Source of the DNA: a virus | Lineage: Duplodnaviria; Caudoviricetes | Strand: one strand, 5' to 3' | Length of the DNA: 64,000 bases | Virus record (IMG/VR): IMGVR_UViG_3300037067_015585 | Span: 96,001-160,000 of that record | Shown here: piece after piece, positions 21,101 to 31,448 of the stretch | Layout: the number at the start of each line of letters is the position of its first letter | How positions within the stretch are numbered: the first letter of the stretch is position 1 | Notes under the pieces: model-generated | Database searches by the model: none | Told to the model about the DNA's origin: nothing | The model's input: the letters and a program-made list of their open reading frames with translations, nothing else | Made by a program: the position numbers and the translations under genes

Positions 21101-22776
21101 ATCGCAGTATCGGTTGCAACTGTATTTTCTATTACGAATGTATTGGCGTTGCCAGAATTCCTGCCAGTAATTTCTGGGGTAGAAGACGACAACAATATTT
21201 GGTTAGTCGTTAAACCGTCAGCGGAGCGTGTCAAAACCTGATATTGTGCAAAGCAATTAACATTGTTAGCAAAAAAAGTTCCAGTAAATTTCCATACACC
21301 AGCGGGGACAATTAAACTATTTGGTATAACTACATCAGTTATAAAACCACCAAAAGGCACACCATTAGGATCAGCATTAGTAAGTCCAGTTATAGCAGCT
21401 TGTATTTCTGAACCAGATGCTGGCTTTATATTAAGTCTCTCGCCTTTAACAGTCAAAGTCGATGATACATTGCTTTCGTCGACTAGCGCATTATCAGTGG
21501 TTTGACACAATGTTATAGTTAAATCAGCAACAGATTCGATTGATACTATCTTATTGTTGTTGACTGTACCAGAGATCGTTAATCTTTGATGTGGTTGCCA
21601 CAAGTCAGTAATAAAACTGCCAGTTGTGCGCGTTATTGTCTTTGATGCAGAAACATACGACAATATGGCAGTTGTTGTAGGTTGGCTAAATGATTCGCCA
21701 GATGCCGCATCAAAATAAACACGCAATCCAGATGACACACCCTGTATACCAGTGGCACCGATTAGACCAGTGGCACCAGTGAACCCAGTAGCACCGTCAA
21801 TTTCAGCACCAGTAGCACCTGTTGGACCGGTAGCACCAGCAGTACCTGCTTGACCTGTAGCACCAGTAGCACCAGCAATACCAGCAACACCCGTTGCACC
21901 AGACGCACCGCTACCAATACCAGTTGCACCAACTAAACCGCTTGCACCTTGTATTCCAGTTGCACCATCAATACCGATACCTGTTGCACCAATTAATCCT
22001 GTCGCACCGATGCCTGTTGAGCCAGCTGGACCTGTGGCACCAGTAAGACCTGTTAGCCCTACATCACCAGATGCACCGCTAATACCAGAAGCGCCATTAA
22101 CCCCTGTAGATCCATTAATTCCATTTATACCAGAAGAACCATCAATTCCTATAGGACCAGTAGTACCAATATCGCCCCGAACACCAGTAGCACCAGTTAA
22201 GCCAGATGCACCTTGAACTCCAACAACACCGGTGGCACCGCCGATACCTTGGATGCCGGTTGCACCGCCAGCTCCTGTTACTCCAGTTGCACCTTGGACA
22301 CCTGTGGCACCAGTGAATCCAGTAGCACCGTCAATTTCAGCACCAGTAGCACCTGTTGGACCGGTAGCACCAGCAGAGCCAGTTGCACCAGGTGTACCAC
22401 TACCAACACCTGTTGCACCAGCTAAACCACTTGCACCCTGTATTCCAGTCGCACCCGTAGCACCAGCGGCACCAGCACCAGTGGCACCGGATACGCCAGA
22501 AGTAAACCATTCAATATAACTCTGTAGCTTATCGCCCTTTTGAATATTAGTTAAGATATTAAGGTATTCATCGGGAATATTAAGATCTAGTTCTTGAGTA
22601 TCTTCGTTGAATTTAGTTTCGAACTCATAGGTCGAATCGTCACAAATAGCGATTCGGCCTATCAAATTATGCAGAATAATATCTGATGCTTTGCTTGGTA
22701 TTGTAGATGACGAATCAGATGGATTAACAATCCTACATCCTCGCCCATGCGGAAGTGGAATATTGTAGTTACTCAT
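18118..22776 (-). CDS. long collagen-like fibre protein with beta-rich (beta-helix-like) domains
   Basis: Three GXT/GXS collagen blocks separated by beta-rich domains ([21 protein letters not shown]...IIRGPG). Confidence 0.8.
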   Translation of the reverse strand: MSNYNIPLPHGRGCRIVNPSDSSSTIPSKASDIILHNLIGRIAICDDSTYEFETKFNEDTQELDLNIPDEYLNILTNIQKGDKLQSYIEWFTSGVSGATGAGAAGATGATGIQGASGLAGATGVGSGTPGATGSAGATGPTGATGAEIDGATGFTGATGVQGATGVTGAGGATGIQGIGGATGVVGVQGASGLTGATGVRGDIGTTGPIGIDGSSGINGINGSTGVNGASGISGASGDVGLTGLTGATGPAGSTGIGATGLIGATGIGIDGATGIQGASGLVGATGIGSGASGATGVAGIAGATGATGQAGTAGATGPTGATGAEIDGATGFTGATGLIGATGIQGVSSGLRVYFDAASGESFSQPTTTAILSYVSASKTITRTTGSFITDLWQPHQRLTISGTVNNNKIVSIESVADLTITLCQTTDNALVDESNVSSTLTVKGERLNIKPASGSEIQAAITGLTNADPNGVPFGGFITDVVIPNSLIVPAGVWKFTGTFFANNVNCFAQYQVLTRSADGLTTNQILLSSSTPEITGRNSGNANTFVIENTVATDTAILATDRLIVRVLAYTTAGSGSRTVTFIYQGTTRGSYVDTTFNIIAPTGATGATGLTGSTGISGASGATGATGLTGSTGSTGLTGSTGLTGSTGLTGLGASGATGLQGDIGLTGATGISGATGLTGTTGLTGATGPIGPEFIPQITKVLYVDKNRTDTYTPDGSIDRPFLSIGAATAIADDGCLIKIAYCASSYNEDVTLPAGVSLEGYGANRLPISGNVTITSGNVVSLRYFTLTGTSKTFTINANCMLEDGFASCAVIVAGTAIIQAWNFHIAGTASGVTPLTMNSSGKYQSFLATIASSGNAPAINQTAGSIILNSMLVSGSRASDPIIITTGGTVVLVDSQMLNSGGGPSVDISASSSTSTNPNLINGCVAYGNVVCGSKITLLGALAFIASGSVTGTALIFRPASHVANDSTVSGTTVKDALETLASTFGSTGPMGATGATGLAINGATGLTGSTGSTGLTGATGATGLTGATGATGLTGATGATGLTGATGPGSFANRIVVGTKGDYATLKAAVDWFNASAASDKEILLDCGTHQVADTITINNSSHHLIIRGPGEGTVLQAATGLTGKPMFNLQSSCDFFRLDFDGSTLSNYGTAAGENCITYDTTSGIYSEFTDLTINNFKIGIADLIGVGFFLFNFYIEKCSVGVSINNTTTGLTTISQDIEVGNFIDCTTGIGLTKTGSTSEFYIAHIVFEHTTSGQTGIIYDGTNYLTGDDTNIYNCTYNNTGTLLSGFDFTLASGRDANIEIIGNVGYPDNTPHAKNNTTDSTITTTMTAANTYYKLNGFNSKVDINFDSAATAGTFTVTVGDQTTAALAYSITAANFQTAINNLSNVTACTVTQITASKEWTIEFTTDGEGWVAVTCNISGLTTTASVVVTPSFYTCKVSITNNRITYQSDHKKDATIWLTGNISVNQANRTINIGVMKNGSGNIISPFSVRTATASQPYPFAIPIYLNNVVKNDYFEIWASSGNASDVVTPTDVYWLFNAR
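19616..19719. repeat. 27-bp tandem repeat (3 full copies plus a partial)
   Basis: Unit CCTGTCGCTCCGGTTAAGCCTGTAGCA; minus strand encodes GLTGATGAT collagen repeats. Confidence 0.9.
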
Positions 22777-23200
22777 TTATGCTCTGCGCAATTTCTTGTA
22801 TGTCTTCTGCTATACGAATCGCTTGTCCGTACGTCTTTACGCCTTGCTGCCATGTACGCTGTGTACTCTCAATCTTAGCTGGTGTTCCGGCGTTATGTGA
22901 TATGAAATTAGAGATAGATGACATTAGACGTTCAGATATTTCTTGCTCGGCACCAGCACCAGCAAATGGTCCAATAAATATATAATCTTCCATAATTGTA
23001 GCAGCACTAGCTTTGCCGCCTACAATTTTACATAATATTACTCTATTTCCGCCTGAGAGTTGCACACTTAATCCGACCTTATTAAAATCTTCTTCGAGTG
23101 AAAATAGGGTGTCGAAATATACTACATCATTGACTTTACGTAATAATGCATTAGCCCTGATTTTAGTTATACTACAAGTCATATCTGCACCTGCATGCAT
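22769..23200 (-). CDS. hypothetical protein
   Basis: 143-aa ORF overlapping the start of the fibre gene. Confidence 0.55.
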   Translation of the reverse strand: MHAGADMTCSITKIRANALLRKVNDVVYFDTLFSLEEDFNKVGLSVQLSGGNRVILCKIVGGKASAATIMEDYIFIGPFAGAGAEQEISERLMSSISNFISHNAGTPAKIESTQRTWQQGVKTYGQAIRIAEDIQEIAQSINE

Positions 23201-23309
23201 TATTTTTGCATTGTTTTAGAAACCAACAATTAAAGTTTTATCCGACTATATATATCTAGAATAATAGAAAACTCTAATTGGTGCAGCCGATAGTCAGAAA
23301 GACTAAGAA

Positions 23310-26117
23310 TTATTCGGCGTCAGATTGTAATTTTTGCCAGGCTGTTTTAGTCCAGAGTGGTTCAATAATAGTCCCTCTCTGCAGGACAAAACTATTGCGA
23401 TCCTTATCGTAATCAACTCTTATCCTAATACCCTTATCAACCTGAAAATTTTTCTTATGTTGATTTCTAATATCTTGTTCCCAAACTAATATCAAGCATT
23501 CTTTTTTGCCATCTGATACAATCATCCGAAGCATATCAGAGCCTCTCTTAGTCTTAGCTTCAGTGACTGATACTATGACACCCTCTAGACATTCATTTAT
23601 TTTAGATTTATCGACAGTGTGATCGCCACTCGTCCGGTATAAATCAATTGGTGAATGCCAGTGGTACCCGAGAAATTCTTTTTCGAATCTTAAAGTCTGG
23701 CTGAATGAATAATCTTCTGGATATAGTGATGATATATTATCATACGTAGCCTTAACAGTAGGACGAAAATTTAATATCTTCGCTGGTATCTTCCTTTTAG
23801 GATAATGCTTCTTATGCTCAGCAGCCTGCCGATCAATTTCTGCTTTGATTGTTTCTTCTGTCCAATTAGCCTTCTTCATAAGGCATCGTATGTGGTAGTT
23901 CTTCAGAATCTTAATTGGATAGCTAAATTCTTTTAATTTTGGTTTAGTTTCTAGTTGCTTCGCTTTATCCTCGGCGATCTCCTTTTGTGCTTGCTCGTCA
24001 GCATTTTTAAATTCAAAATCTTCAACAGATCCAACACCATGCTCATGGAGGTACCACATCCACGTAGCTCTTTTATTTGGATGTAGCTTTTCGAATGCAC
24101 CAAGCTTAATGAGGCGTTCGAAAAGAATTTTACTTTTACCTTTCTTTGCAATGAAGTCGCTTATATCTGTGTATTCGTTTCCACCAACTTTATCGACAAA
24201 TACAGCTGCTGCTTTCTCCCCTACCTTCTTTAAACTCGTCAACCCAAGTGTTATGTATTTTTCCACACCATGTCCAGCATGTGCTGATGGGTGTAGTGTA
24301 AGTTTCGAAATATCGATTGCACCAAATGTGATGCCTTCACCACGTGCCGCAGCCATATAACGCTCTAATGCTTTTTGATCGCATGTGCCCATTACGCTAG
24401 CCCACCATTCTTCTGCATAATGTGCTTTAAGCCATAGACAGCGATAAGCCCACAAACAATAGCAAATTGCATGGCTAGCATTAAATGCATACCGGCCAAA
24501 CGTCTCCATCTTATCCCAATATTCGAGCGCCTTAGAATTACCTATTTTAGCACTTGCACCAGTAATCCAATGCTCTCTAACAGGTTTTAATTTTTCCTTC
24601 CATTTCTTCGCCACAGCTTTTCTTGCATCTTGTGATTCTGGACCAGTAAATCCAGCGATGCTTTGCCAAATAGAAGTCAGCTGCTCTTGGAAAACTATAA
24701 CACCACTAGTTGGCTCAAGGATTTTTACTATATCCTCATGCTCACCCTTCGCCCAGCTATTACTAGCGTCATCTCGGTTTTTTACATAATCTGGTATACT
24801 CTGCATCGGCCCAGGGTGGCCCATAGCGTTAAAAATTAGCAAGTCGTGGAAACTCTTGACGCCGTTTGATAACGTTCTCTTCGCAAGATCGGTATCAAAT
24901 TGAAAGATGCTATCGGTTAAAGTGTCATTTGCTAATTTTAATGCGGCTGCATCATCTAATGATATTGCAGTTTTAATACCGTCTTTCCAGTAATACCCGG
25001 CAATTTTATCAATTTGATCTGATTCATCCCAGCCTTGTAATTGATCACCAAATGACACGTCGTGATTTTCCCTGATCATTTCACAACATGTTTTAATATA
25101 TGACAGATTCTTCAGACCAAGCATATCCCATTTTAAATAGCCGAACTTTGATAATTGAGTGCTACGTCCCTCCGTCCAAACACTAACCCACTGACCAGTT
25201 TTGGAATCAAGTTGCATTGGCACATTGCCAAATAAATCGCGATCTGCGATAATAATGCCACCAGCATGCTTACCAGCGTGTTTGAGGCGACCAACTAATC
25301 GAACAGCTACGTCGATAACATGTTGATGTTGCTCTGGGTTCTCATCGATGAATTTTCTTATTTCAGGATGATCCCTCATTATCATTGCGATCGTTGGTGT
25401 ATCAGTATCGCCGCCATTACATTTGGGACATTGCAACCCCTTATGCCTAACTCCACATTCATGTTCTGGGCCATCGCCATCTCTTACACGCCCCTTGCAT
25501 GTGCCATATCCACCCTCACGCATTTCATTAACGTCGTCTGGTAGAAGCTTCGTTAATTCGATCGCTCTATTTCTGGCACCGCCATGTTGACTACCACCTT
25601 CGAGCTTAACTAAATCAAGTGCAGTGTAAGCATCGGCGATAGCTTGTTTAAATAAAAATGCTTGCCAAGTTCCAACACTAGCAACATTCTTTATACCATA
25701 ACGCTTTGCAGCATAATCTTTAATTTGATTTCTAGCTTCAGGAAGACAGTCAATATCAATATCTGGTTTGTCGTCATCCTGACGTATATCTACTGGTAAT
25801 TTACCAGTTTGCTTTAAAACTTCTTGAATGTCATCATACTTTGCACTAAGCATTAGTGGCCCATCACGATGCGCTATTGGGTCAACGTCAGCATCACCAG
25901 TAAAACGCTTTAGTAGCCACGGTAATAAAAGTTGATTGACATTTTTGTCATACTTTCGGCCACTATCCATCAAATCTTCATAATACCTTTGTGCACCCTG
26001 CATTCGAACTTGGTCTATTTCAAAATCTAATCGCTTAGTATAGATCTCTGGCAGATTTAGTCTTTTAATCTGACCATATGCTAATTTTTCAATAGTGTCG
26101 AAACTATACTTTCCCAT
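23310..26117 (-). CDS. dnaE: DNA polymerase III alpha, C-terminal (catalytic) part of split DnaE
   Basis: PDIDID, HAGGII, KWDMLGL, IFQF, GVIVFQEQ, YAFNASHA, HhH region, EKEFLGY, OB fold; no PHP domain. Confidence 0.9.
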   Translation of the reverse strand: MGKYSFDTIEKLAYGQIKRLNLPEIYTKRLDFEIDQVRMQGAQRYYEDLMDSGRKYDKNVNQLLLPWLLKRFTGDADVDPIAHRDGPLMLSAKYDDIQEVLKQTGKLPVDIRQDDDKPDIDIDCLPEARNQIKDYAAKRYGIKNVASVGTWQAFLFKQAIADAYTALDLVKLEGGSQHGGARNRAIELTKLLPDDVNEMREGGYGTCKGRVRDGDGPEHECGVRHKGLQCPKCNGGDTDTPTIAMIMRDHPEIRKFIDENPEQHQHVIDVAVRLVGRLKHAGKHAGGIIIADRDLFGNVPMQLDSKTGQWVSVWTEGRSTQLSKFGYLKWDMLGLKNLSYIKTCCEMIRENHDVSFGDQLQGWDESDQIDKIAGYYWKDGIKTAISLDDAAALKLANDTLTDSIFQFDTDLAKRTLSNGVKSFHDLLIFNAMGHPGPMQSIPDYVKNRDDASNSWAKGEHEDIVKILEPTSGVIVFQEQLTSIWQSIAGFTGPESQDARKAVAKKWKEKLKPVREHWITGASAKIGNSKALEYWDKMETFGRYAFNASHAICYCLWAYRCLWLKAHYAEEWWASVMGTCDQKALERYMAAARGEGITFGAIDISKLTLHPSAHAGHGVEKYITLGLTSLKKVGEKAAAVFVDKVGGNEYTDISDFIAKKGKSKILFERLIKLGAFEKLHPNKRATWMWYLHEHGVGSVEDFEFKNADEQAQKEIAEDKAKQLETKPKLKEFSYPIKILKNYHIRCLMKKANWTEETIKAEIDRQAAEHKKHYPKRKIPAKILNFRPTVKATYDNISSLYPEDYSFSQTLRFEKEFLGYHWHSPIDLYRTSGDHTVDKSKINECLEGVIVSVTEAKTKRGSDMLRMIVSDGKKECLILVWEQDIRNQHKKNFQVDKGIRIRVDYDKDRNSFVLQRGTIIEPLWTKTAWQKLQSDAE

Positions 26118-26130
26118 AATGCCTTCTCAA

Positions 26131-26592
26131 TTACAATGCAATCGTGCCGCTATCGCTAGCGATACCAGTATTCACCACTGTCTTAGCTATGTCCATGGTC
26201 TGTTGCAATTGCTCTTTTGAACCGACTTGAACAATAAGATTTTCAAATAGTGATGCCTTTTCACGCAAGCGGCGGATAAGTTCCATGTTTTTCTTCGGAT
26301 TTATCTTAAAGCTTGTATCATCGCGTTCTAAAAGCTGCGAAACATAAGCTGACGCGAAAAGCTCAATTGACATTTTCCTGAATACTGTAGTTGCCTTAAT
26401 AGCCATCAACCCAAGCATAGCTGCCTTTATGTCGCATTGTGGTCCTGTGCTATTACCAACAGGCTCGCCTATTACTCTGATCGATATGCGGTTATAATCA
26501 TCGACATATTGTAATCTAGCCGCACACGCACCTTGTTGTGTCGGTTTACCATTGTCGATATTGAACCCGCAAGCAAATATTGAAATTTTCAT
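26131..26592 (-). CDS. RNase HI-fold protein, probably catalytically inactive
   Basis: RNase HI-like pattern (GACAARL, STGPQCDIKAAMLGL, SAYV, KNMELIRRL) with acidic catalytic residues replaced. Confidence 0.55.
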   Translation of the reverse strand: MKISIFACGFNIDNGKPTQQGACAARLQYVDDYNRISIRVIGEPVGNSTGPQCDIKAAMLGLMAIKATTVFRKMSIELFASAYVSQLLERDDTSFKINPKKNMELIRRLREKASLFENLIVQVGSKEQLQQTMDIAKTVVNTGIASDSGTIAL

Positions 26593-27023
26593 TATAATTT
26601 CTTTCCTTTTCCATCATAAAGCTGTGGATATTCTTGCTTTGTAATCTCACGCAAGCCGCTAATAGCTATACCCAACACCTTAAAGAATACAGAGCAACGA
26701 TCTCGTGGACCAAGCGTTTTAACAACTTCCATGCAATCATTTATGCCATGTAGACAGATTATGGACTCTGGTGTTAACGCTTGCAATCTGTCCATTATAC
26801 CAAGGACCGCAGCCTCTAAGGTAATTGATGCTAATTTGTATATGTTTTCAGTTTGAAATTCATCACCAGGAGGCAGTTGTCCAATAATATCAATTAGATG
26901 GCTACATAACGATCCAAGAAGCGGACATGGCTCTCCAAGTAGCAATAAATAATCACCCATTGCGGCGTGTAATGATCGCGTAGCTTCAAAAAATAATTCT
27001 TTTTCAGTTGGCATATTAATCAA
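26592..27023 (-). CDS. hypothetical helical protein
   Basis: ORF coupled to both neighbours. Confidence 0.55.
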   Translation of the reverse strand: MINMPTEKELFFEATRSLHAAMGDYLLLLGEPCPLLGSLCSHLIDIIGQLPPGDEFQTENIYKLASITLEAAVLGIMDRLQALTPESIICLHGINDCMEVVKTLGPRDRCSVFFKVLGIAISGLREITKQEYPQLYDGKGKKL

Positions 27024-28446
27024 TTTTGGTCTTTAACATATATCCACCACGTGAACTTGCTAAGAAACGATCGAAAGAAAGCCCCCATCTGATTGAATTC
27101 ACAGTGTGAATACCAAGCAAGTAGCACACAAACGATCCGGCACAACTGCCACGTGGGCCAAATGGCCAACCCTGCCGCCTACCCCATTGAATGATGTCTC
27201 TTGTGATTAGAAAATAGCTAGAAAATCCCTTGTCGATAAACCTACTAAGTTCAATTTCTGCTTGTTCGGAATAAGTAACATCACGACCATCACAAGGCCA
27301 CTTTGTCGTATCCTTATCCCAACCACGTTTCCTTAATTCGTCATAAACAATCTCTCTAAGCTTCTCATTCGCATTCACGCCTGGCTCTATCATAGACCAC
27401 TGCGGAATCTTGGGCGACGTATCTGGTGCAAGCTTTTCACATCGCTCCGCTACCAATAGAGTATTGTCGCAAATTTCTTCGAATTTTGAATCATCAACAG
27501 ATTTTGAATATCCACAATTCTTAAATGTTGCCCACAACTCAGCACGAGTCTTAAAATATTGCTCATCACTTTGCGATGCAAACATGTCTTTATTATAAAT
27601 ATTAGTATTTTGCCCGATCGCCATCATTACTCTCTGTATATATGAATCAGCTTGTGTTAAATAATGACAATCGTTAGCAATAACTGCTTTTATACCGCAT
27701 TCGTCAGCTATATTTATTAATTTTTTGAATACTTTGACGTCATGTAAACCTATATCTCCATCCTTACGCACTGTATCAGATCTTTCTGGTGGTAAACATG
27801 GCATCTGCACTTCTATGAAGAAATCCTCACCGAATACCTCCTTAAATCTTTTGACATATTGTGTTGCAGTCAAATCACATTCAGCGCGCGGATGAGGTTT
27901 TCTTTCCTTAAATAAGTTGTCAACATCTAGTCGTATTTCATATGCAGTTGGGCCATTAATACAACCAGATAATATTATCAATCCCTCTTTATGCTCGCAC
28001 AATTTCTCAAACCATATTCGCGGATTACGATAGAAAGATTCATGTGCTAACGTCGTCAATTTTATAAGATTCGAAACTCCAACGGCGTTCTTACAAAGGA
28101 CGGTTAAATGTCTATTGCGTGTTATGCGAAAATGTAAATCTTTATCTAGACTACCTAATTTGACTTTATTTTTTTCAAACTCTTTCCTTTTTAATTCATA
28201 GTCATTGTAATAAATCTCCGCACCCGCTATATATTTCAATCCTCGCTTTTTGAAGGCGAAATACATGTCCGGAAGTGACGCCATGTGCCCATGCTCTGTA
28301 GCAGCCATTGCCTGAAAACCATGTTGTATACAGGCATCAGCATATTGTTCTGCCGAAGGAACGCCATCTAAAGAGCTAAATAGACTATGAACATGTAAAT
28401 GTACAAAATCTTTAGGACCGGTATATTGAGATGGTTCAACTTCCAT
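27016..28446 (-). CDS. dnaE: DNA polymerase III alpha, N-terminal part (PHP domain plus start of palm) of split DnaE
   Basis: FVHLHVHSLFSSLDG, TEHG, HLTVL, SGCING, NDCHY, GPRGSCAGSFVCYLLGI, FDRFL. Confidence 0.9.
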   Translation of the reverse strand: MEVEPSQYTGPKDFVHLHVHSLFSSLDGVPSAEQYADACIQHGFQAMAATEHGHMASLPDMYFAFKKRGLKYIAGAEIYYNDYELKRKEFEKNKVKLGSLDKDLHFRITRNRHLTVLCKNAVGVSNLIKLTTLAHESFYRNPRIWFEKLCEHKEGLIILSGCINGPTAYEIRLDVDNLFKERKPHPRAECDLTATQYVKRFKEVFGEDFFIEVQMPCLPPERSDTVRKDGDIGLHDVKVFKKLINIADECGIKAVIANDCHYLTQADSYIQRVMMAIGQNTNIYNKDMFASQSDEQYFKTRAELWATFKNCGYSKSVDDSKFEEICDNTLLVAERCEKLAPDTSPKIPQWSMIEPGVNANEKLREIVYDELRKRGWDKDTTKWPCDGRDVTYSEQAEIELSRFIDKGFSSYFLITRDIIQWGRRQGWPFGPRGSCAGSFVCYLLGIHTVNSIRWGLSFDRFLASSRGGYMLKTKID

Positions 28447-28455
28447 AATTTTCCG

Positions 28456-29526
28456 TTAAGATGCTGACGCAGCAATTAAACATCCCTCTGCTACAGCGAA
28501 TAGTGGGTCTTTGCATCGTTTCACTTTACTAACGTCAAATGGTGGCTTTTCTTCTTGGAATAATTGAGCCACCAAATCTTCAAATCCAGTTGGACACGAT
28601 GTTCCACCAGCCATAAATACATCAATTGGCTTATCGATACGAGCGCTAGTCTCGTGCTCGATAAATCCTTGTACGATTCCGCGAATGACGTTTTGGATTA
28701 AAATGCGATAATGAAGAACGATGTCGAGTTCTAATCTAGTTGAATAAGTCTGCGTCAAGTCAATCTTTTCTTTTAATCTACAAACAGTCGTCGGTGTTTC
28801 TGCAGACTTTTTGTGTGGCATATTAGAATCGTAGCCATGTCGCTTAGCAACTTCGGCATCTATCCAGTCACCAGCACCAACCCAACTAAACGAATAGATC
28901 TCGTTGCCCCAAAGGACATAACTGACAGTTACAGTACCAGCACCCCAAGAAATACCAATACCTGTCGCATCTGGAGTCTCTTTAAGAACAATAGCATGCG
29001 ATTCTTTAATCGAAGTAGTCTTGATTTTTGATTCTGTTTGATAACCAGAAATGATCAAATTCAAGACTTGTTGGTGATAATCGATATTCATCGATTGATT
29101 TAGTGCTTTCGCTGTTGTGCAATAGCATAAATTGATTTCTGGATCAAATGCACCGGCATCATGCTCTGCCATAGATAACAAGCCTTGCACAATACTCGAT
29201 AGCACCATCAAAGCAGCCTCATCTGGTGCTACTCCTCCCTCAGCCATAGGACGCAATAACGTATCATTGTGTGCATATGCAAGTTCTTCAGCATCCTTGC
29301 CAAGTACGTAGATACCATCTTTACCATCTAGACGAATCCATTTGGCCGCACGTTTTGTTCCGTCAGATCGCATCTTGTCCGGATCATCAAGCATATTTTC
29401 CACAAACTTGCTTGGTCGTGGAATTAGATAATATCCATTGATTTCTCTCAGGAATACTAATTTTTTATTATGCCGAAACGACATAACTATATTCTTAGTA
29501 CCAATATCGATACCGATTGCGTTCAT
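28456..29526 (-). CDS. actin-like ATPase (MreB/ParM/MamK superfamily)
   Basis: Start at 29526 after AGGAG; phosphate-1 GIDIGT, ESHA, phosphate-2 SWGAGTV, AGGTS, DPLFAVAEG. Confidence 0.8.
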   Translation of the reverse strand: MNAIGIDIGTKNIVMSFRHNKKLVFLREINGYYLIPRPSKFVENMLDDPDKMRSDGTKRAAKWIRLDGKDGIYVLGKDAEELAYAHNDTLLRPMAEGGVAPDEAALMVLSSIVQGLLSMAEHDAGAFDPEINLCYCTTAKALNQSMNIDYHQQVLNLIISGYQTESKIKTTSIKESHAIVLKETPDATGIGISWGAGTVTVSYVLWGNEIYSFSWVGAGDWIDAEVAKRHGYDSNMPHKKSAETPTTVCRLKEKIDLTQTYSTRLELDIVLHYRILIQNVIRGIVQGFIEHETSARIDKPIDVFMAGGTSCPTGFEDLVAQLFQEEKPPFDVSKVKRCKDPLFAVAEGCLIAASAS

Positions 29527-29599
29527 TGATGTTCTCCTGATTGGGCAGTTATCACCAAGTCCAAATACTAAATCAGATTCCTCTAACTCCTCATTTTCA

Positions 29600-29929
29600 C
29601 TATCCATCTCGTTTTTTGGTAACTCTTGTACCAAATCCACCTTTGGGCATTGGTGGCCGTCCGAGTAGTGGAGCGAGAGTTTCTGGGGGAAGATCTGGCG
29701 CACTGAGAAATGGAGTGGGAACAGACTGCTCTGCGGCATTAATAGCTCGCGTTGCAGTTCTTTGCTCTCCGGCATGTGTTCCGGAGGCAGTTTGCGCAGA
29801 CGATCTTTCCACGTTGCGATTAACAATTGATTTCCCAGAGAGTTCTCTATATATCACAAGCACTAGCACTAATGAGATCAATGAAACAATCAAAGCTACC
29901 AGTGCAATCAAAAGTGCTGCAATGTCCAT
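29600..29929 (-). CDS. single-pass membrane protein
   Basis: N-terminal hydrophobic helix followed by Pro-rich tail. Confidence 0.6.
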   Translation of the reverse strand: MDIAALLIALVALIVSLISLVLVLVIYRELSGKSIVNRNVERSSAQTASGTHAGEQRTATRAINAAEQSVPTPFLSAPDLPPETLAPLLGRPPMPKGGFGTRVTKKRDG

Positions 29930-29934
29930 AGTAC

Positions 29935-31440
29935 CTACTTATTGGGCTCAGTGTCTTCGACACTGCTAGTTATATATTCATAACGTAGTAAACTAATATT
30001 CCATTTCTTTAGAGGACCAATCAACATGTCGTAACCCCTATTTATGCGAGCCAGATAATTTTTAGTATCTTTGTTGTTAGGCCAGTACTTCCCACGATTA
30101 TATTGCGGCACCAGTGTCGTATGACTATGACCATCAGGAGCAAGTTTAGCATCGCACCCAAATAAAGTAATCGATTTTGCACCGATGAAAGCAGCTATAT
30201 GAATAGCAGTATGGACTGTTGAAGCATGATGGAAGAATGGTTGATCTTTATTATTCAAGCAGCCACTACCATCTTGTGATCCAAGTTCAAATGTTGTGCA
30301 ATCGGAGAACTTTGGTGGTGGCTCTATAGATGTCACGCCAGCAGCAGTTTTCAATTTTTTTGGTATCAATAATTGATTTGGTTGATATTTCTTTGAGTCT
30401 AAAACAGTCTCTGCTGGCTTAAGATCGTGAAAAACGACATAATTACAATCGAATACCAATGCGTTGTAGTTCACTCCGATCACAACATCAAAATCATCTA
30501 AAATGCCTTTTGTCACATGATCTAGTGAAGGTCCTGCACCAAGCACAGCAACGCGAGCATTGGCATGCTTGTTTTTTAATAGCTCGATTCCACGTAAATC
30601 TGGAAGAAAATTATCTAAAAACCACTGGAACGGTCTTTTTTGGATTCTGTCACGTATTGCCAGACGTTCAGATATATCTCCAAATTTTATATCCCCCGGT
30701 TTTTTCCGAATCGCCTGGTAAAACAATTTTTTGTAATCATCAAACCACACTTCAGCTATGCGTGCCTTATTACTCTCTAAAGTCGTTGTATCAAACTCAT
30801 AGTTGAATTTGTTTTTAAACCAATGCGCAACCACAGAGTCACGAATTACTTCTACAGATCCACCAGCAAGCCAAGTACGTAATGAAAATTCGATATTTTC
30901 GCATCCCCATTTATACATCCCTATATCAAAGCCGCCAATTTCATCCCACCATCGTTTTGTAAAAGCAAAGCAGTGCCCTGCTAATGCTGGCATGTTATCA
31001 GTGCCGTCATCTGATATCCAATTAAAGTCCAGATTCCAACGCCATCCGGTTTTAGCATATGCCGCTGTTGTTTCTGTCCAAGTTGGCGCATCTAAACCTC
31101 TAGTAAGCGGAACGGCAACGCAATTATACTTATCTGTCAATCGTTCTATAATCGGTGGCAACCAATTGGGTGCAACCTTAATATGCGGATCAATAGAAAC
31201 TACGATTGGAGATTTTACATATGATGTACCAGTATTTCGTGATCTGATTAGACCTTCCCTTGTCGCATTGCGTACAATTGTAGTGTTTGGTCTATTAATT
31301 TGCACTGGGATTTTGCTACAATCATCAACGATCACGAAACCATCAATTAAACCTGGCTGTGTATTTTCTATAATTGTATCTATCGTTTTTTCGGTATATT
31401 CTTCATTTAACACAGACATCACAATTGTCGCTGTCAACAT
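29935..31440 (-). CDS. ppGalNAc-transferase (GT27/GT2)-like glycosyltransferase fused to DUF115/MAF-like domain
   Basis: VDDCS, GLIRSRNTG, DPH, AGHCFA, GGFDIGMYKWGCENIEFSLRTWLAGGS, VAHWF; C-domain LGAGPSL...IGVN...LFGCD. Confidence 0.8.
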   Translation of the reverse strand: MLTATIVMSVLNEEYTEKTIDTIIENTQPGLIDGFVIVDDCSKIPVQINRPNTTIVRNATREGLIRSRNTGTSYVKSPIVVSIDPHIKVAPNWLPPIIERLTDKYNCVAVPLTRGLDAPTWTETTAAYAKTGWRWNLDFNWISDDGTDNMPALAGHCFAFTKRWWDEIGGFDIGMYKWGCENIEFSLRTWLAGGSVEVIRDSVVAHWFKNKFNYEFDTTTLESNKARIAEVWFDDYKKLFYQAIRKKPGDIKFGDISERLAIRDRIQKRPFQWFLDNFLPDLRGIELLKNKHANARVAVLGAGPSLDHVTKGILDDFDVVIGVNYNALVFDCNYVVFHDLKPAETVLDSKKYQPNQLLIPKKLKTAAGVTSIEPPPKFSDCTTFELGSQDGSGCLNNKDQPFFHHASTVHTAIHIAAFIGAKSITLFGCDAKLAPDGHSHTTLVPQYNRGKYWPNNKDTKNYLARINRGYDMLIGPLKKWNISLLRYEYITSSVEDTEPNK

Positions 31441-31448
31441 TTTACTTC

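Noticed and set aside
23310-28446. Split intein or intron joining the dnaE halves
   Set aside because: No intein N- or C-terminal (HN-C/S/T) motifs or group I/II intron features seen; the intervening DNA is filled by two ORFs
29527-29826. 100-aa N-terminal extension of the actin-like ORF
   Set aside because: It overlaps the membrane-protein gene; a good RBS and the first actin motif point to a start at 29526
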